A stretch of DNA of 64,000 bases from Marsupella aquatica (lineage: Eukaryota > Plantae > Marchantiophyta), in NCBI GenBank assembly GCA_973895155.1, contig OZ316892.1, positions 24,635,133 through 24,699,132 on the forward strand, given 5' to 3'. The notes beneath the pieces were generated by a model. The model was given only the letters and a program-made list of their open reading frames with translations, was not told the origin of the DNA and did not search any database. Each line of letters begins with the position of its first letter. Within the stretch, counting starts at the first letter, position 1. Both the position numbers and the translations under genes were made by a program. This document shows positions 49,650 to 60,621 of the stretch, piece after piece.

Positions 49650-52600
49650 CTAAGTAACTAGGTCTACATTCTCAGTTTCCAAATCTTCAACAACAACTAC
49701 ATTTGGTTGTTCTTGGACTATAGACCGTGATCGAGGAATGTAGGGCATCACAATGGACCACTCCGGGTCATCAGGATAAGGGAGATAGAACGCCTGCTCA
49801 AGATGATGAGGGAATGCAAAAGGATCTGAGGAGTTTGAGCTAATGACAGCCCCTGTCTTCAGTCGTGTGAAGCCACAAGGATCCTCTTCACATGTCCTAT
49901 TGTGGCCAACAAGATTCATCCGAAACCATTTGCACTTCAACACCACCTCTTCCAATGTTGTATGCGCATGATACTTTACAACAAGGATCTCTTCTATCTT
50001 TCTGTTGTGAGCTATAGTAGAACGGATGGGGTTTGTGTCAGAGATGCTACTTTGTGAATCTTGGGTGAACCAACCCATCACCCCACAATCTTGTGTAGCT
50101 GCCCTCTTGTCATCAAGCCGTTCCACACGAAAGTGTCTTCCCTTGGACCACATGGCAGTCCTAGTTGTAACTGTAAGTAGTGGTCCATGAACCAAGGTGC
50201 GCAACTCATCAGTCACCTTTGGGAAGTGTGATACACTCTCCCCAATACCCACCAAGGCATCCACCTCCAACAACTTCCCCTTCATGTACATGTGGAATTT
50301 GGGAAATAAGCGTGGTCTCCGACTATTGTGCTTATCCTCCTCGTACAATGTGGTCCACTCCCCAACAATCTCTGGGGAGTTATACAACATGAATGTGGTG
50401 AGTTTAGTGCGCTCACTAGGTTCCAAAAGTCGTTCTCCCTTTGCACCTGTCAAACGGTCATCCTCATAGTCTGCTTCTCTTGATGCCTCATCTATCCATC
50501 CGTTTGGAGCATTTGGATCAAGTGTAGCAATAATGTTTGTACAATAGAACATGCTCTCTGCTCCAAGATGACGCTCGGCAATGCTACCTTCCAACCTTGC
50601 GCGATTTGAAACATAGGACTTCATCAATCCCATGTACCGCTCTACCCAATACATCCAATGACAATGTACAGGGCCTGCAATACCAACCTCACACACTAGA
50701 TGTAGTTGAAAATGAACCTGACCGTCAAAAAATGAAGGAGGAAGGGCCCTCTCAAGTTTGCACACAACCTCCACTCCAAACACCTCCATTGCTGCAACCT
50801 CATCCTCATTGACCTCCTTTTGACACACCCATCTCAACAACTTACCCAATGACCAAAGGGCATCACGAAGATCCTCACTACCCAATCCAATAATAGCAAC
50901 TGGAATAACATGCTGCAATAGACGATGGTAATCATGGGTCTTCAAGAAAGCTGGCCATTTTGGAGAGTCAGATCCACCAAATGCCTTGCGGAGATTAGCA
51001 CCATACCCTGTAGGAAATCGCATAGATCCAATGCGTTTGCAAAACTCAATTCGCTCACCTCTTGTCAACATCCAAGGAGGATGAATAGTAAGGGAGGCAT
51101 TATCGGGATCCATAGATGGCCAAAAACCATGAGGGCCCTGCATCCCCATCTCTTCACAACTCTCTCTCCAGTTGTTGTCTTTCTCTCCATATAGATGGCG
51201 AATCAAGGACCTCCCAACATTTCCCTCGATGTGCATAGGATCAAATAAATGGTTAAGTGGCATCTCAGCTCAATAAGGCAACTGTGACAATGCAGATAAA
51301 CAAGTCATGCCACACCGGGCAAACTGCAATGGGTCATCTGGGTCACATACTCTCCCCCATACCTCTTTCCAATATGCTGGATCCTTTGGAATAGGTGGAG
51401 GTCGTCTGTCTGGTTGGCCATCCTCAGTGTCATATAAAAAGGGGTCACTCCTCCAATCATGGTCGGGAGGGAGGTACTTGGTGTGACCAATGTACACTAT
51501 CTTCCGTAAGGTCTTGGACTTTGGCCGCGCTATTCCTTCCAAATCAGGTCCACAAGTTGGGCAAGCTCGATATCCCGATGTGGTAAGGCCAGAAATATAT
51601 CCAAACCCTGCATATATATGCATGGTTTTAAAATATAGCCCATAAGTAAATAGTTAACTTAATTAAAAGACGTGCTCTTAACTCATTACATAACAAAGCA
51701 TGCTTGGGTAATTTAACAAAGATACATACCTGGAAGATCATGTATGGTCCACATAAGAATGGCCTTCAACTTAAATTTTTGATGTAAACCCCCTGTTTGC
51801 ACTCTTCCATCATAGCAATCCACACCCCTCCAAAGCTTTTGCAGCTCCTCAATCAATGGTTGCAAGTACACATCAATTTTTTTCACTTGCTTAGGGCCAG
51901 GGATAATCATAGAAAGTAGCAAATGACCCTTCTTCATGGACATCCATGGAGGGATGTTGTAATTAGTAAGGACCACTGGCCATAGTGAATATGGCTGGGC
52001 CTTACCTGCTAGTGCAAATGGGCTGATGCCATCTGCTGCCAAACCTAGACGAACATGACGTGGGTCTGTTCGGAACTTGCCCCACCTCTCTTCCACAAAC
52101 CTGTTTGCGAGGGAGTCAACCATCATGCGCATGGTGGGTGGGTGTGAACTCATACCTGAGCGATGCTGGGAATGCCAAACCATATACTCAGCCAACTCAG
52201 CACATCTATACTGGTGGCGCAAGTGAGGTATAAGAGGGAAGTACCTCATGACCTTTTGAGGTACTTTTCCTGTCAACATGTCATCACGATACCTTGGCTT
52301 CTCACATACAGGACATGATGTTGCATCTTTATAATTGCCTCTAAAGAGAACACAATCATTCACACAAGCATGTATGACTTCATACTTGAGGCCTATGGAT
52401 TTCAACACCTTTTTAGCCTCTTTCCAAGAGCTTGGCAAGTTGTTTCCTTCTGGCAACACCAGATCATGCAATGAACGAAACAGATCATCGAGAAGTAGGT
52501 TGCTTGCTCCATGTCTTTGCTGCAAGTTCAACAACAACATTATTGCTGAAAGACGAGACAAACGTGACCCATCATATATCCGAGTTTGAGCATGTTGTCG

Positions 52601-54327
52601 AGCTTCCTCCCATTGTTTGGAGGATGAACTCCGCTGACCTTGTTGACGTGGAGGAGGGACCTCTGCAGTGTTCTCCCAATCAGCCTCCTCATGAACATCG
52701 TCATAGAATTGGTGCATCAACTCATCCATGGCCCTATCTTCATCAACTCTTGCTTGGGAGGCATCTGGTACTTGGTGTGGGACATTTGGATCGCCATCTG
52801 GTGGGAGGGAGGCCTGTTGCCAATCCTCCATGGCCTCAACAAGGTGTTGCCGCATAGCTCATGGTAATACCCCAACATCTGACTCAACATATGCATTCTA
52901 TCATACAACACATAAAACATATATATAAGCTTGAGTTAATTAGCTCACGGGGTTGTCCAAAAATACACATTTTTCTTAATATATTACTCAAAAAATGGGG
53001 AATACATATATATATATGTATGTACTAACTAGGGCCAGATCGAACAGCCAACTTGGGTGTGTTCCACTCATAGTCACAAAGCAATTCCTCACCTGCCCTA
53101 ATATTCCTAATGGCTACTGTCATCACATGATCATCCATATGAGTGACATAATAAGGCGGAGTGGGTGGACCAAAAATCTGAGCCCACTCTACATTAGGTT
53201 GCACTCCTCGCCCTCTACCATGTGTACTATTGATGTACCCTGCTATGTTATCTGAACGCACAGGGTCCCCATCAATCATCCTACAATGCCAAGGCCTTCG
53301 TAGGACCTCATCTGGGTCCGAGTCCATCTGCAATGCATATACCCCCCAAGCTGGATGTTGGCGTAAAAGGATCTTCCAACTCTTGGATGTATACACAGGC
53401 CCAATGTAAGGGAAAATGTGCTCCCCATCATAACCACGACGCCAAGGCTTTGGAGGGACCACAATGTCCTCCAAAGCAAATAAGCCTAATCCAACCTCGC
53501 CACCAAGGGTTGATGCCTTCACTATCCATTGCCGACCCCAAATATGTACCGGGATTTCAATACCTATGCCAGATGGAATCGCAAATATCTCAGGGGAAAA
53601 ATCCTTCAAGACACTCATTGCCTTGCCCGTCACATATGATAAGCCCAACCTCCCTTCAACTGCTATGTACTCCTCCCCTAGTGGAGGCATATCACTGTTT
53701 CCAAAATGCTCATGGGTTGGGTCTGTGTCAATGACTACATGTTGACGTCTTTGTCTATGAGAATGGGGTCTTGTGCGTAGAACCCTAGTAGGTGGTGGTG
53801 CATCATGTCTATCATGCTCTGAGTCTACCACTGTGGGTTCACAAAGAACATTTGTGTCAACATGGGCGGGGGTAGATGCTTGGTCAGCGTCTTCAACTGA
53901 TGATGCAAGTAACTCTCTAGCACCAGCTAGGAATGCATCATGCCATAGTTGACTAGAGACCAATGGAGTAGGGGTCCTACGTAGCACCTATTCAATCATA
54001 AACAAACAATAATTAATAATTGTATCCTAAATTAAAGTTCTCAACCCAACTATTATGATATATAGTGTATCATAGCGGAGATTATGTCAAGCAATACCTG
54101 GCAAGCTGAATATCCTGGTAAATCACCCTCATGCCTCCCATAGTTTTTGATGTGTTCAATGGACTGCCACGCTTGACGCACCACCATTCCTTTACATCTA
54201 TCACACCAGCATGGAATAGGGCCCAATGGAGGGGGCACCCAAGGCCGTTCAAGGGGGGAGGAATTTCCCCCTGAGAAGAAGACATGTCGGAGTCGGAATC
54301 TGTATTCGCACTCCCAGAAGTTGACAT
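49650..54327 (-). pseudogene. TnpD-like CACTA transposase locus (transposase-associated domain, SET exon, Transposase_21/Tnp2, DUF4218, DUF4216), currently disabled
   Basis: Exon 54327-54098 with CWCDRC...H...G and a 1-nt frameshift in a C run near 54255. Tnp2 motifs IHACVNDCVLF, CPVC, MRYFPLIP, DPRHVRLGLAADG, WPV.LTNYNIPPW, IDVYLQPLIEEL, WTIHDLPG; intron 51729-51608; ACPTC; LPY*(W) stop at 51270-51272; FDPMHIEGNV, LKTHDYH, LPPSFFDGQVH, GPVH..WMYWVER, LKCKWF, DPFAFP...Q.FY. A second in-frame TGA lies at 52859-52861. Confidence 0.92.
53025..53987 (-). CDS. SET-domain (lysine methyltransferase-like) exon/ORF inside the CACTA transposase locus
   Basis: Uninterrupted 320-codon frame. SET core at about 53528-53064: VKAST...GLGLFALEDI (motif I), FPYIG (II), IDG...NIAGYINS...PNV (III variant), VAIRNIRAGEELLCDY (IV). 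TAG acceptor immediately before 53987. Confidence 0.9.
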   Translation of the reverse strand: MLRRTPTPLVSSQLWHDAFLAGARELLASSVEDADQASTPAHVDTNVLCEPTVVDSEHDRHDAPPPTRVLRTRPHSHRQRRQHVVIDTDPTHEHFGNSDMPPLGEEYIAVEGRLGLSYVTGKAMSVLKDFSPEIFAIPSGIGIEIPVHIWGRQWIVKASTLGGEVGLGLFALEDIVVPPKPWRRGYDGEHIFPYIGPVYTSKSWKILLRQHPAWGVYALQMDSDPDEVLRRPWHCRMIDGDPVRSDNIAGYINSTHGRGRGVQPNVEWAQIFGPPTPPYYVTHMDDHVMTVAIRNIRAGEELLCDYEWNTPKLAVRSGPS

Positions 54328-55016
54328 TGTCTGCCAATTAATTACACACAAATTGACAAGTCTTTACCCAAATTCAACATTCATCACCTTAACTTGAAGT
54401 TAACCCAAATTGGAATTGTATGTTCATAATTAGCAAAGTTGGACTTTGTACCTGAATGATATCCGCGCTCTACAGTGCCAACTAGGCTCTAATTAAGCCT
54501 TAGACTATATGCTAAGGCCAATCCAAAATACCTGCACGTACAGGCTAGGTGGGGAAGTTGAAGATGAGATAAGAATACATCTCAACCTTAACAAAACAAG
54601 AATTAATAAAGTTAACTGTAAATATGAATGAAGAGTTGGATGTGCAATTTTAAAGTCCCATGCCACAACTAATGCATCATGTCCAATGATTTTGAGATAT
54701 TTTAGAAGATATCATACCTTTTGAATGCGCGGACTCTCACTGTGCATAATGCATTGGCAATGAACCCTACTCAAAATCCAAGGAAAACCAACGACCGACC
54801 CTCCAAAAACAAAAAACAAGTTGCACAACACGACACTAGAATGTTGAGTTTTTAATTGAATCTATTCTTAATGCCCAAAAGTTGCACCATGCATATGGCA
54901 TGTCAAACCCCATGGTGAAATAGGAATTGAATTAGATTCAACCGGAAAGCAACGTATATCTAGCTAGGTACATATATATTCAATATCATCCATATGTACA
55001 TACCAAACAAAAATGG

Positions 55017-55033
55017 GTGTGTGTGTGTGTGTG
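55017..55033. repeat. (GT)n microsatellite in the divergent intergenic region of the CACTA
   Basis: About 8 GT units. Confidence 0.8.
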
Positions 55034-55427
55034 TTTTGTGACACCAACTAAGTGTCCGTTCTTTGCATGCCACACCTAATAAAGAAGCCCACAATATCCA
55101 CATAAGTAACCCCCAAAACATAAAAGGGGGGCGCCACTAGTATACATAGGAGTCCAAATGCCAAGGTCATCCCATTTTAATTATAATCCTTAACAAACCT
55201 CAAAGGAGGGCTAGCTAGGTCCGACACTACAGAGGAGGGGTCCGATTCTCACAATGTCGGTATTTCCGATACGTTTTCCGATGCAGTTAGGGTTGGAATT
55301 TGCGATATTAAAAGTATCGGACTTTATGGTTTTCAGGGTTTTAGGTTTCCCGACTAAAGTGCGAAAGCACTTCAGTCGGGACAAACGTCGGAAGCACTTG
55401 ACAAGCACATTTGCGGAGCTCGCAGCT

Positions 55428-58238
55428 ATGGAAGGCAATGTTGGAGGGGGAGATGGTGCAGGGCCGTCCATGAGCTATGGTGAGATCATGGCCCAATTGT
55501 TCAGGGAGAAGGTGGGCCTCTCTGCGGAGGTTGCACTGCAGGCAGCTCAGCTTACTCAGGGCCTGATCGACAGTTCCCAGAAGGCAGCCATGACTGATGC
55601 AGAGAAGAGATTTGATTGAGGAGGAGAGGCAAAGGAAGAAGAAGCGTAGGGCAAGGGAGGACGAGGGAGAGAGACCAATTGAGGCCCTTTCCCCAAGACA
55701 AAAGGAGAAGAGCCTACGAAGGGAGGCTCGAGCTGCAGAACGACAGAGGATTGAGGAGGACAAGAGGAAGGCAGAGGAAAGGGCCAAGAGGCCAAAACTA
55801 TTTCGGAATGAGGGAGGGGGTCCACTGTCCAAGAGTTATCGTTTGTTCCGGAGTCAGCTCAGGCAGATTGTGAGGTCTCATTTTGGCCCCATGGACTATT
55901 GGGGGAAGAGAAGCAGGATGAGAGATTTCGAATTAGAGAGAAAATCAAGGAGAGGTTTTCAATGGGTCTTTCTTGGATGATCGATTGTTAAACAAAAAAT
56001 CTCAGTCTCACTTGCAGACATGCAAAATCATGTAAGGGAGAAGATGCGCAGGTACCTGGCTGATTGCAAACTGGATGAGGAGGTGATCAGGAAAGGTGGA
56101 TGCCCGGGTGGTGAGATTCTCGACGATGCCTGGTGTGCTTGGCTTGAAGAAGAATTGCAGGTTCGAGCTTGGCAAGCCACACGACACTGGGAAGCTGAAA
56201 TCACATAAGCTCAGAAAAAGATTCAACAAGGGGAGCTTGTGAGTACTGAGGCCATGCATCAAGAGCTTCAAGATTGGTCAGCGAGATCAACACAGCTTGG
56301 AGACCCACCATCCTGGCTAACGAAGGCTCTATTGAGAGTGGAAAAGAGGCCAAAGGTTACTCACAGGATGGGGCAGGGTGGCTCGTAGCGTCTCAAGGCC
56401 GATTTTGTAAGTGCTCCACTCCCCTCCTCCCCATGCCTTTGTTCAGCAGCAACAGTCCTCCTTCCTAATCACCTGAGGCCAATTGACCAATGCCTGCCTT
56501 TTCAAACCTGCGCAAGGTCTTTGTTTGTAGTGCCATTGATCGAGTTGCACCGGTATGCGTGTATGCCTTAGTTTTTTTCCTCTCGAACTTTAATGTCCGA
56601 TTTCAGTCCGACTCTTAAAGTATCGGATGTAGCATCGGAAGTTACAAAACAATCGGAACCATTGAGGGCACCGATTCTTTTAGTATCGGAAAATTCAAAA
56701 TTCAAAATTTTTAGTGTGGCGATGGCAAACGGCTAAGTGTTTTGAATGGTAATTTAATGTTTAAGGGTTGAGGTGTTTAGGCCAGGGTATGGTTGCAATA
56801 ATTTACATTAGGTGGGGTGGCATGTGAATGGGGTGTGTAGGAGAAGGAGCATGGACGACCATTGCTGCCGGCAGAGAGGGAGTTGGCAAAGGAGCACGGT
56901 GCACGGGCTCTGAAGATTCACATGGAGGACATGTTGGCGTCAGTAAGTGTGGTTATTAAATTGATCATAGATGGCTTACATTTCATACATGCGGAATTGA
57001 ATGACAAATATTGATTGGGGATTAATGTAATGTGCAGGATGATGAGGGGGGTGAGGAGGACTTGGAGAGTAGTGAGGAGGATGCTGAGGGGGAGGACGAG
57101 GAGGACAGTGCCTCGGAGGGGAGTGTGGCCGAGGCTCCAGTACGACCTTCTAGTCATGCACATGGTCGGTCGAGATCCCGTGAGAGAGGACGTCACCAGT
57201 CTAGTAGGGGTGTAGGTGGCCCCACTTGCCGGATGGAGAGCACTAGAGGCGATATGCCTCCTCATTGGAGATTACCAGGCAGGAGTGGTGGTAGTGGGTC
57301 CCGAGTTCCAGCTACTGGAGGTGGCCAAGGGGTTGGTAGTGCGTCTCGGGTTCCAGTTGCTAGAGGTGGCCGAGGGGTTGGTAGTGCGTCTCGGGTTCCA
57401 GCTGCTGGAGGTGGTCGAGGGGTTGGTAGTGCATCTCGGGTTCCAGGTGCTGGAGGTGGCCAAGGGGGTGGTGTTGCTCCTCGTCAGTTTAGGGTTGGCC
57501 CTGATGTTGTACCAGGTGCTTCTCGACAGTCCAAGGGGGTTTGTGTTCATGCACCCGCACCATCTCATGCTGACAGTGGTCGTGTTGTTAGACAGTCTGG
57601 AGGTTCCAGCCGTAGTGGTGGAGGTGAGTCTCGGCCTGTAGGGGGTAGTGGTGGTGGTGTTGCGTATAGTCAGTTCAGGGCTGGCCCTGGTAGTGTACCA
57701 GGTGGTTCACGACAGTCGGGGGAGAGGGTTGTTAGTCATGTGCCCACACCATCTCTCATTCATAGTGGTGGTGTAGGGAGCCAGTCAGGAGGTTCTCGCC
57801 ATAGTGGTGGAGGTGAGTCTCGGCCTGAGGGGGGCAGTGGTGGTGGTGGTGTTCCTCCTCTTCAGTTGAGGGCTAGCTCTGTTTCTCACCCTCATAGTGG
57901 TGGTGGTGGCATTGCTACTGGCCAGTCTGGAGGTTCTGGTGGTAGTGGTGGAGGTGATTTTCGGCCTGAGGGGGGTAGTGGTGGTGGCACTGGAGGGGCT
58001 TCTTTCCACACTTGTGTTGGGGAAGGGGTGCCCTCCCGTGGTTCAGCAGCATCTGGAGATGGGGGGGGTATCAGAGATTGCTTTTGCACATCGTTCACCA
58101 GGAGAGGATGGAGCCACATTAGGTGGTCAAGACCATCAGGTACTACCCGATGTACCAGTAGTAGAGACTCATACTGCAGACCAGCCTAGTCGCTCCCGCC
58201 TGAAGAAGAGGAAGATGCGACATAGCTTGTATGGATAG
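55428..58238 (+). pseudogene. CACTA second ORF (TnpA/Ptta-like accessory protein) with an acidic and Gly/Ser/Arg-rich repetitive tail; frameshifts and stops present
   Basis: ATG at 55428; basic coiled region RQRKKKRRARE; ...KVTHRMGQGG..RLKADF followed by a GTAAGT donor near 56407; exon about 56841-56940 EKEHGRPLLPAERELAKEH; last exon from about 57038 with a D/E stretch and 15-aa and ~63-aa repeats, ending KKRKMRHSLYG* after a slip in a G run. The Ptta/Transposase_24 assignment rests only on the HxxG motif. Confidence 0.65.
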
Positions 58239-58595
58239 TGGGCTAGGTAGACATACATAGTACTAGGCTAGCTAGGTGGCTAGTTGGAGGGCACTATTTA
58301 GATTTGTTATGCCCTGCCTTTAGGATATTTTGCACCATGTATATATGTATATGTACGTTCTCCATTTTTTGTACTAAATTTTCCTCTAGATATTACATTT
58401 TTGTCTATGTATTACTTTTGCCATGTCATCCTTCCCCATGTATCAAGTCTCCCTTGAATCAAATACCCTATACCCTAAATATTGGACGTCAATAATTGTT
58501 TAAATTGCACCCAAGCTAAAACCCCCTGCAATTAGGCCTCCCATTTGAAACCGGCAACCCATTTGCAAACGCATTTTGTTGGTACCAAACTATAT

Positions 58596-59010
58596 CCGAT
58601 GTCATACCGATCGTAATTTCCGAAACCAATATATTCGCAATTTCCGATATCACGCGTATCGCAACGTCCGACATCACACATATCGAAACGTCTGTTTTTC
58701 TTGACATCGCTCTTCCCGACTTCCAAAATATCGAACCTTCCGATGCTATTTCAATCGCATTTGTATCGGAATTCCAAACTTTGCTAGAATGGACAGAAGG
58801 AATATCCGATACAAAATAAATCGGACACCATTAAGTCCGAAACACAAATAAACGAAAGGTCCGACCCCAAGATAATCGGTAGTTCCGATTCGTTTCCGAT
58901 TGTCATTTTCTGATTCTTTGAAAATCGGACTTTGCGAAATATAAACAATCGGATGTCTGAAAGTTTTGCCGCAGATGTTCCAAAGGCTTCCGATAGAAAT
59001 AGGATCGGTA
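58596..59010. repeat. Right subterminal repeats of the CACTA
   Basis: Dense CCGA/TCGG copies (TCCGAT, ATCGGA, TTCCGA) up to the TIR. Confidence 0.85.
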
Positions 59011-59711
59011 AAAGGGCTCAAAATGTACTAGTGTTTAGTGTCACAAAACAATTAGTGTCACTAACAAATAGTGTCATACACACTAATTAGGGGTAGCCCT
59101 TGATTTTCAGCCAAGTGACACTATTTACCGCCTCCCCTGATTTTGAAAAATAAATTAACATATTGAAAAATATTGAAAACTAAAGGTGACAATGTTATTG
59201 GTGGTAACCCTAAACTGGACCCACTCCAAAGTTATCCAGACTACCAACGACATCTCTTTGTGTGTATTTCTTAGAAAGGTTCTTTGTGTTTTAGCTTGTC
59301 AATCTTTGTGAAAAGAGGTTGACAGATTGATAACATGGAGTGAATGGATTGGTCATGATAGCTGGATTTTCTAGAGCAAGGGAAAGAGAATCAAGACTAT
59401 GTCAAAATGTCATTGGTAATTAATCTGCATCTCCTTTGGCTTTATCCTATCCTTGTTGCACTTCAAAAAATGATAAATGAAGACCCAAAAAATGTGGGGA
59501 CTGGGACACAAGGCATATCTGGGAAATTGATAAATCCAGGCCAACATTGGTTTTTGACATTGGCAAGGGACTCTATAGCTGAGGTGAACAGTTATGTTGA
59601 CAGACATGGCATGTCTTATGCACAAAATTCAAATATAAACACCAGTTTGTCCCTAAATGTCAATGGTGTATAGTCTACAAATCAACTTACACCTGAGCTG
59701 GGTAATTGTAA

Positions 59712-59970
59712 CGTGCGAGCAAACAGTAAAAAAAATTCCTCGCACGAGCAAAAAAAATTCTTGCGTGACCCCTATTTTTCTACATGCAACTGTCTCGCTA
59801 TCAACTACCTGGTTGGTAACATCCCTTTTGGGGACTCCCTTTTTGCTAGCGAGCTCGCTAGGCATCTGGAGTCTTTAAAAAAACACAAAAAATTGTAAAA
59901 GGCACCAAAAAGCAACTGAAATTTGGAGCCATTATTGTCTCGCTATCAAAATCTCCTGTTTGCCCGCAAC
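59712..59970. mobile_element. Possible small MITE inserted in the older transposon remnant
   Basis: Imperfect TIRs GTGCGAGCAAACAG and CTGTTTGCCCGCAAC; internal CTCGCTA repeats; no clear TSD. Confidence 0.45.
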
Positions 59971-60621
59971 ATAGAATACCTCCACCTGAGCTTCAGATAT
60001 CATAGTGAAGTATCAAGTGAATTTTGAAGGGAGTCAAGTTGGCCTTGACATTGATGCTACTGTTGAAGTGGCTCCTGATGTTGGTTAACGAGGTGAAGAG
60101 CCAACTCAACCCACTTCTCTTGGGGTTGTACGCCGTCTTGCAAGGATGAGCCACAAGGGACAGGGTTGTAGGAGAGTGAAAAGGATGTTAGTTTGTGGCT
60201 TCTGTGAGACAACATGTGTTATTCATAGTTGATATAAGTGAATCAATTAAACAGATCTTGTTTGCTCAATGTGGTTGAGTACCCCAAACTGCATTTTTGT
60301 GCTATGTGAGAAGGAGCTATAAATTCTGAAGTTTGGTCAATGTTTGAGTAGTACATGAGTTATAAGTTTAGGAAGTTTTCTCAATGTTTGAGTAGTAAAT
60401 TTTGTAATCAAATATTGTGCACATTTTGAAAATTTTTATAAGGAAATTTTGACTATTGTCCATTCTATTTTTTTAACTTAGGTGTTTGTGACACTATTTG
60501 ACTTGTGACCAAAATTAGTGTCATACCATATTAGTGTCACACACTCTAATTACCGTCACTTACCTCAAATATAACCTCACACTAATTAGAGTGTCTGAGA
60601 CTAAATAATGTAAAGAGTGTA

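Larger units (their letters stand above)
48836..59033 (-). mobile_element. Full-length CACTA (En/Spm) DNA transposon, 10.2 kb, carrying a SET-domain exon
   Basis: Left TIR CACTCGTACATATTTCAGC at 48836; right TIR reverse complement CACTAGTACATTTTGAGC ending 59033; 3-bp TSD TTT at 48833-48835 and 59034-59036; CCGA/TCGG-rich subterminal repeats; TnpD-like transposase inside. Confidence 0.95.
48819..60619 (+). mobile_element. Older TA-flanked DNA transposon remnant (Tc1/mariner superfamily, possibly pogo-like), split by the CACTA insertion
   Basis: Removing the CACTA and one TTT restores the left end TACTCTTTACAGTATTTAGTGTCAC, an inverted match to the right end (reverse complement CACTCTTTACATTATTTAGTCTCAG, ending 60619). 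TA lies on both sides. AGTGTCA subterminal repeats at 59037-59125 and 60480-60600. Decayed ORF KLINPGQHWFLTLARDSIAEVN...GV*STNQLTPEL at about 59520-59700. Confidence 0.7.

Noticed and set aside
50180-53745. Plus-strand ORFs overlapping the transposase and SET exons
   Set aside because: Antisense shadows of real coding sequence with no motifs of their own.
55135-55232. Internal CACTAG / CACTAC words as ends of a nested CACTA
   Set aside because: No matching partner TIR or 3-bp TSD was found.
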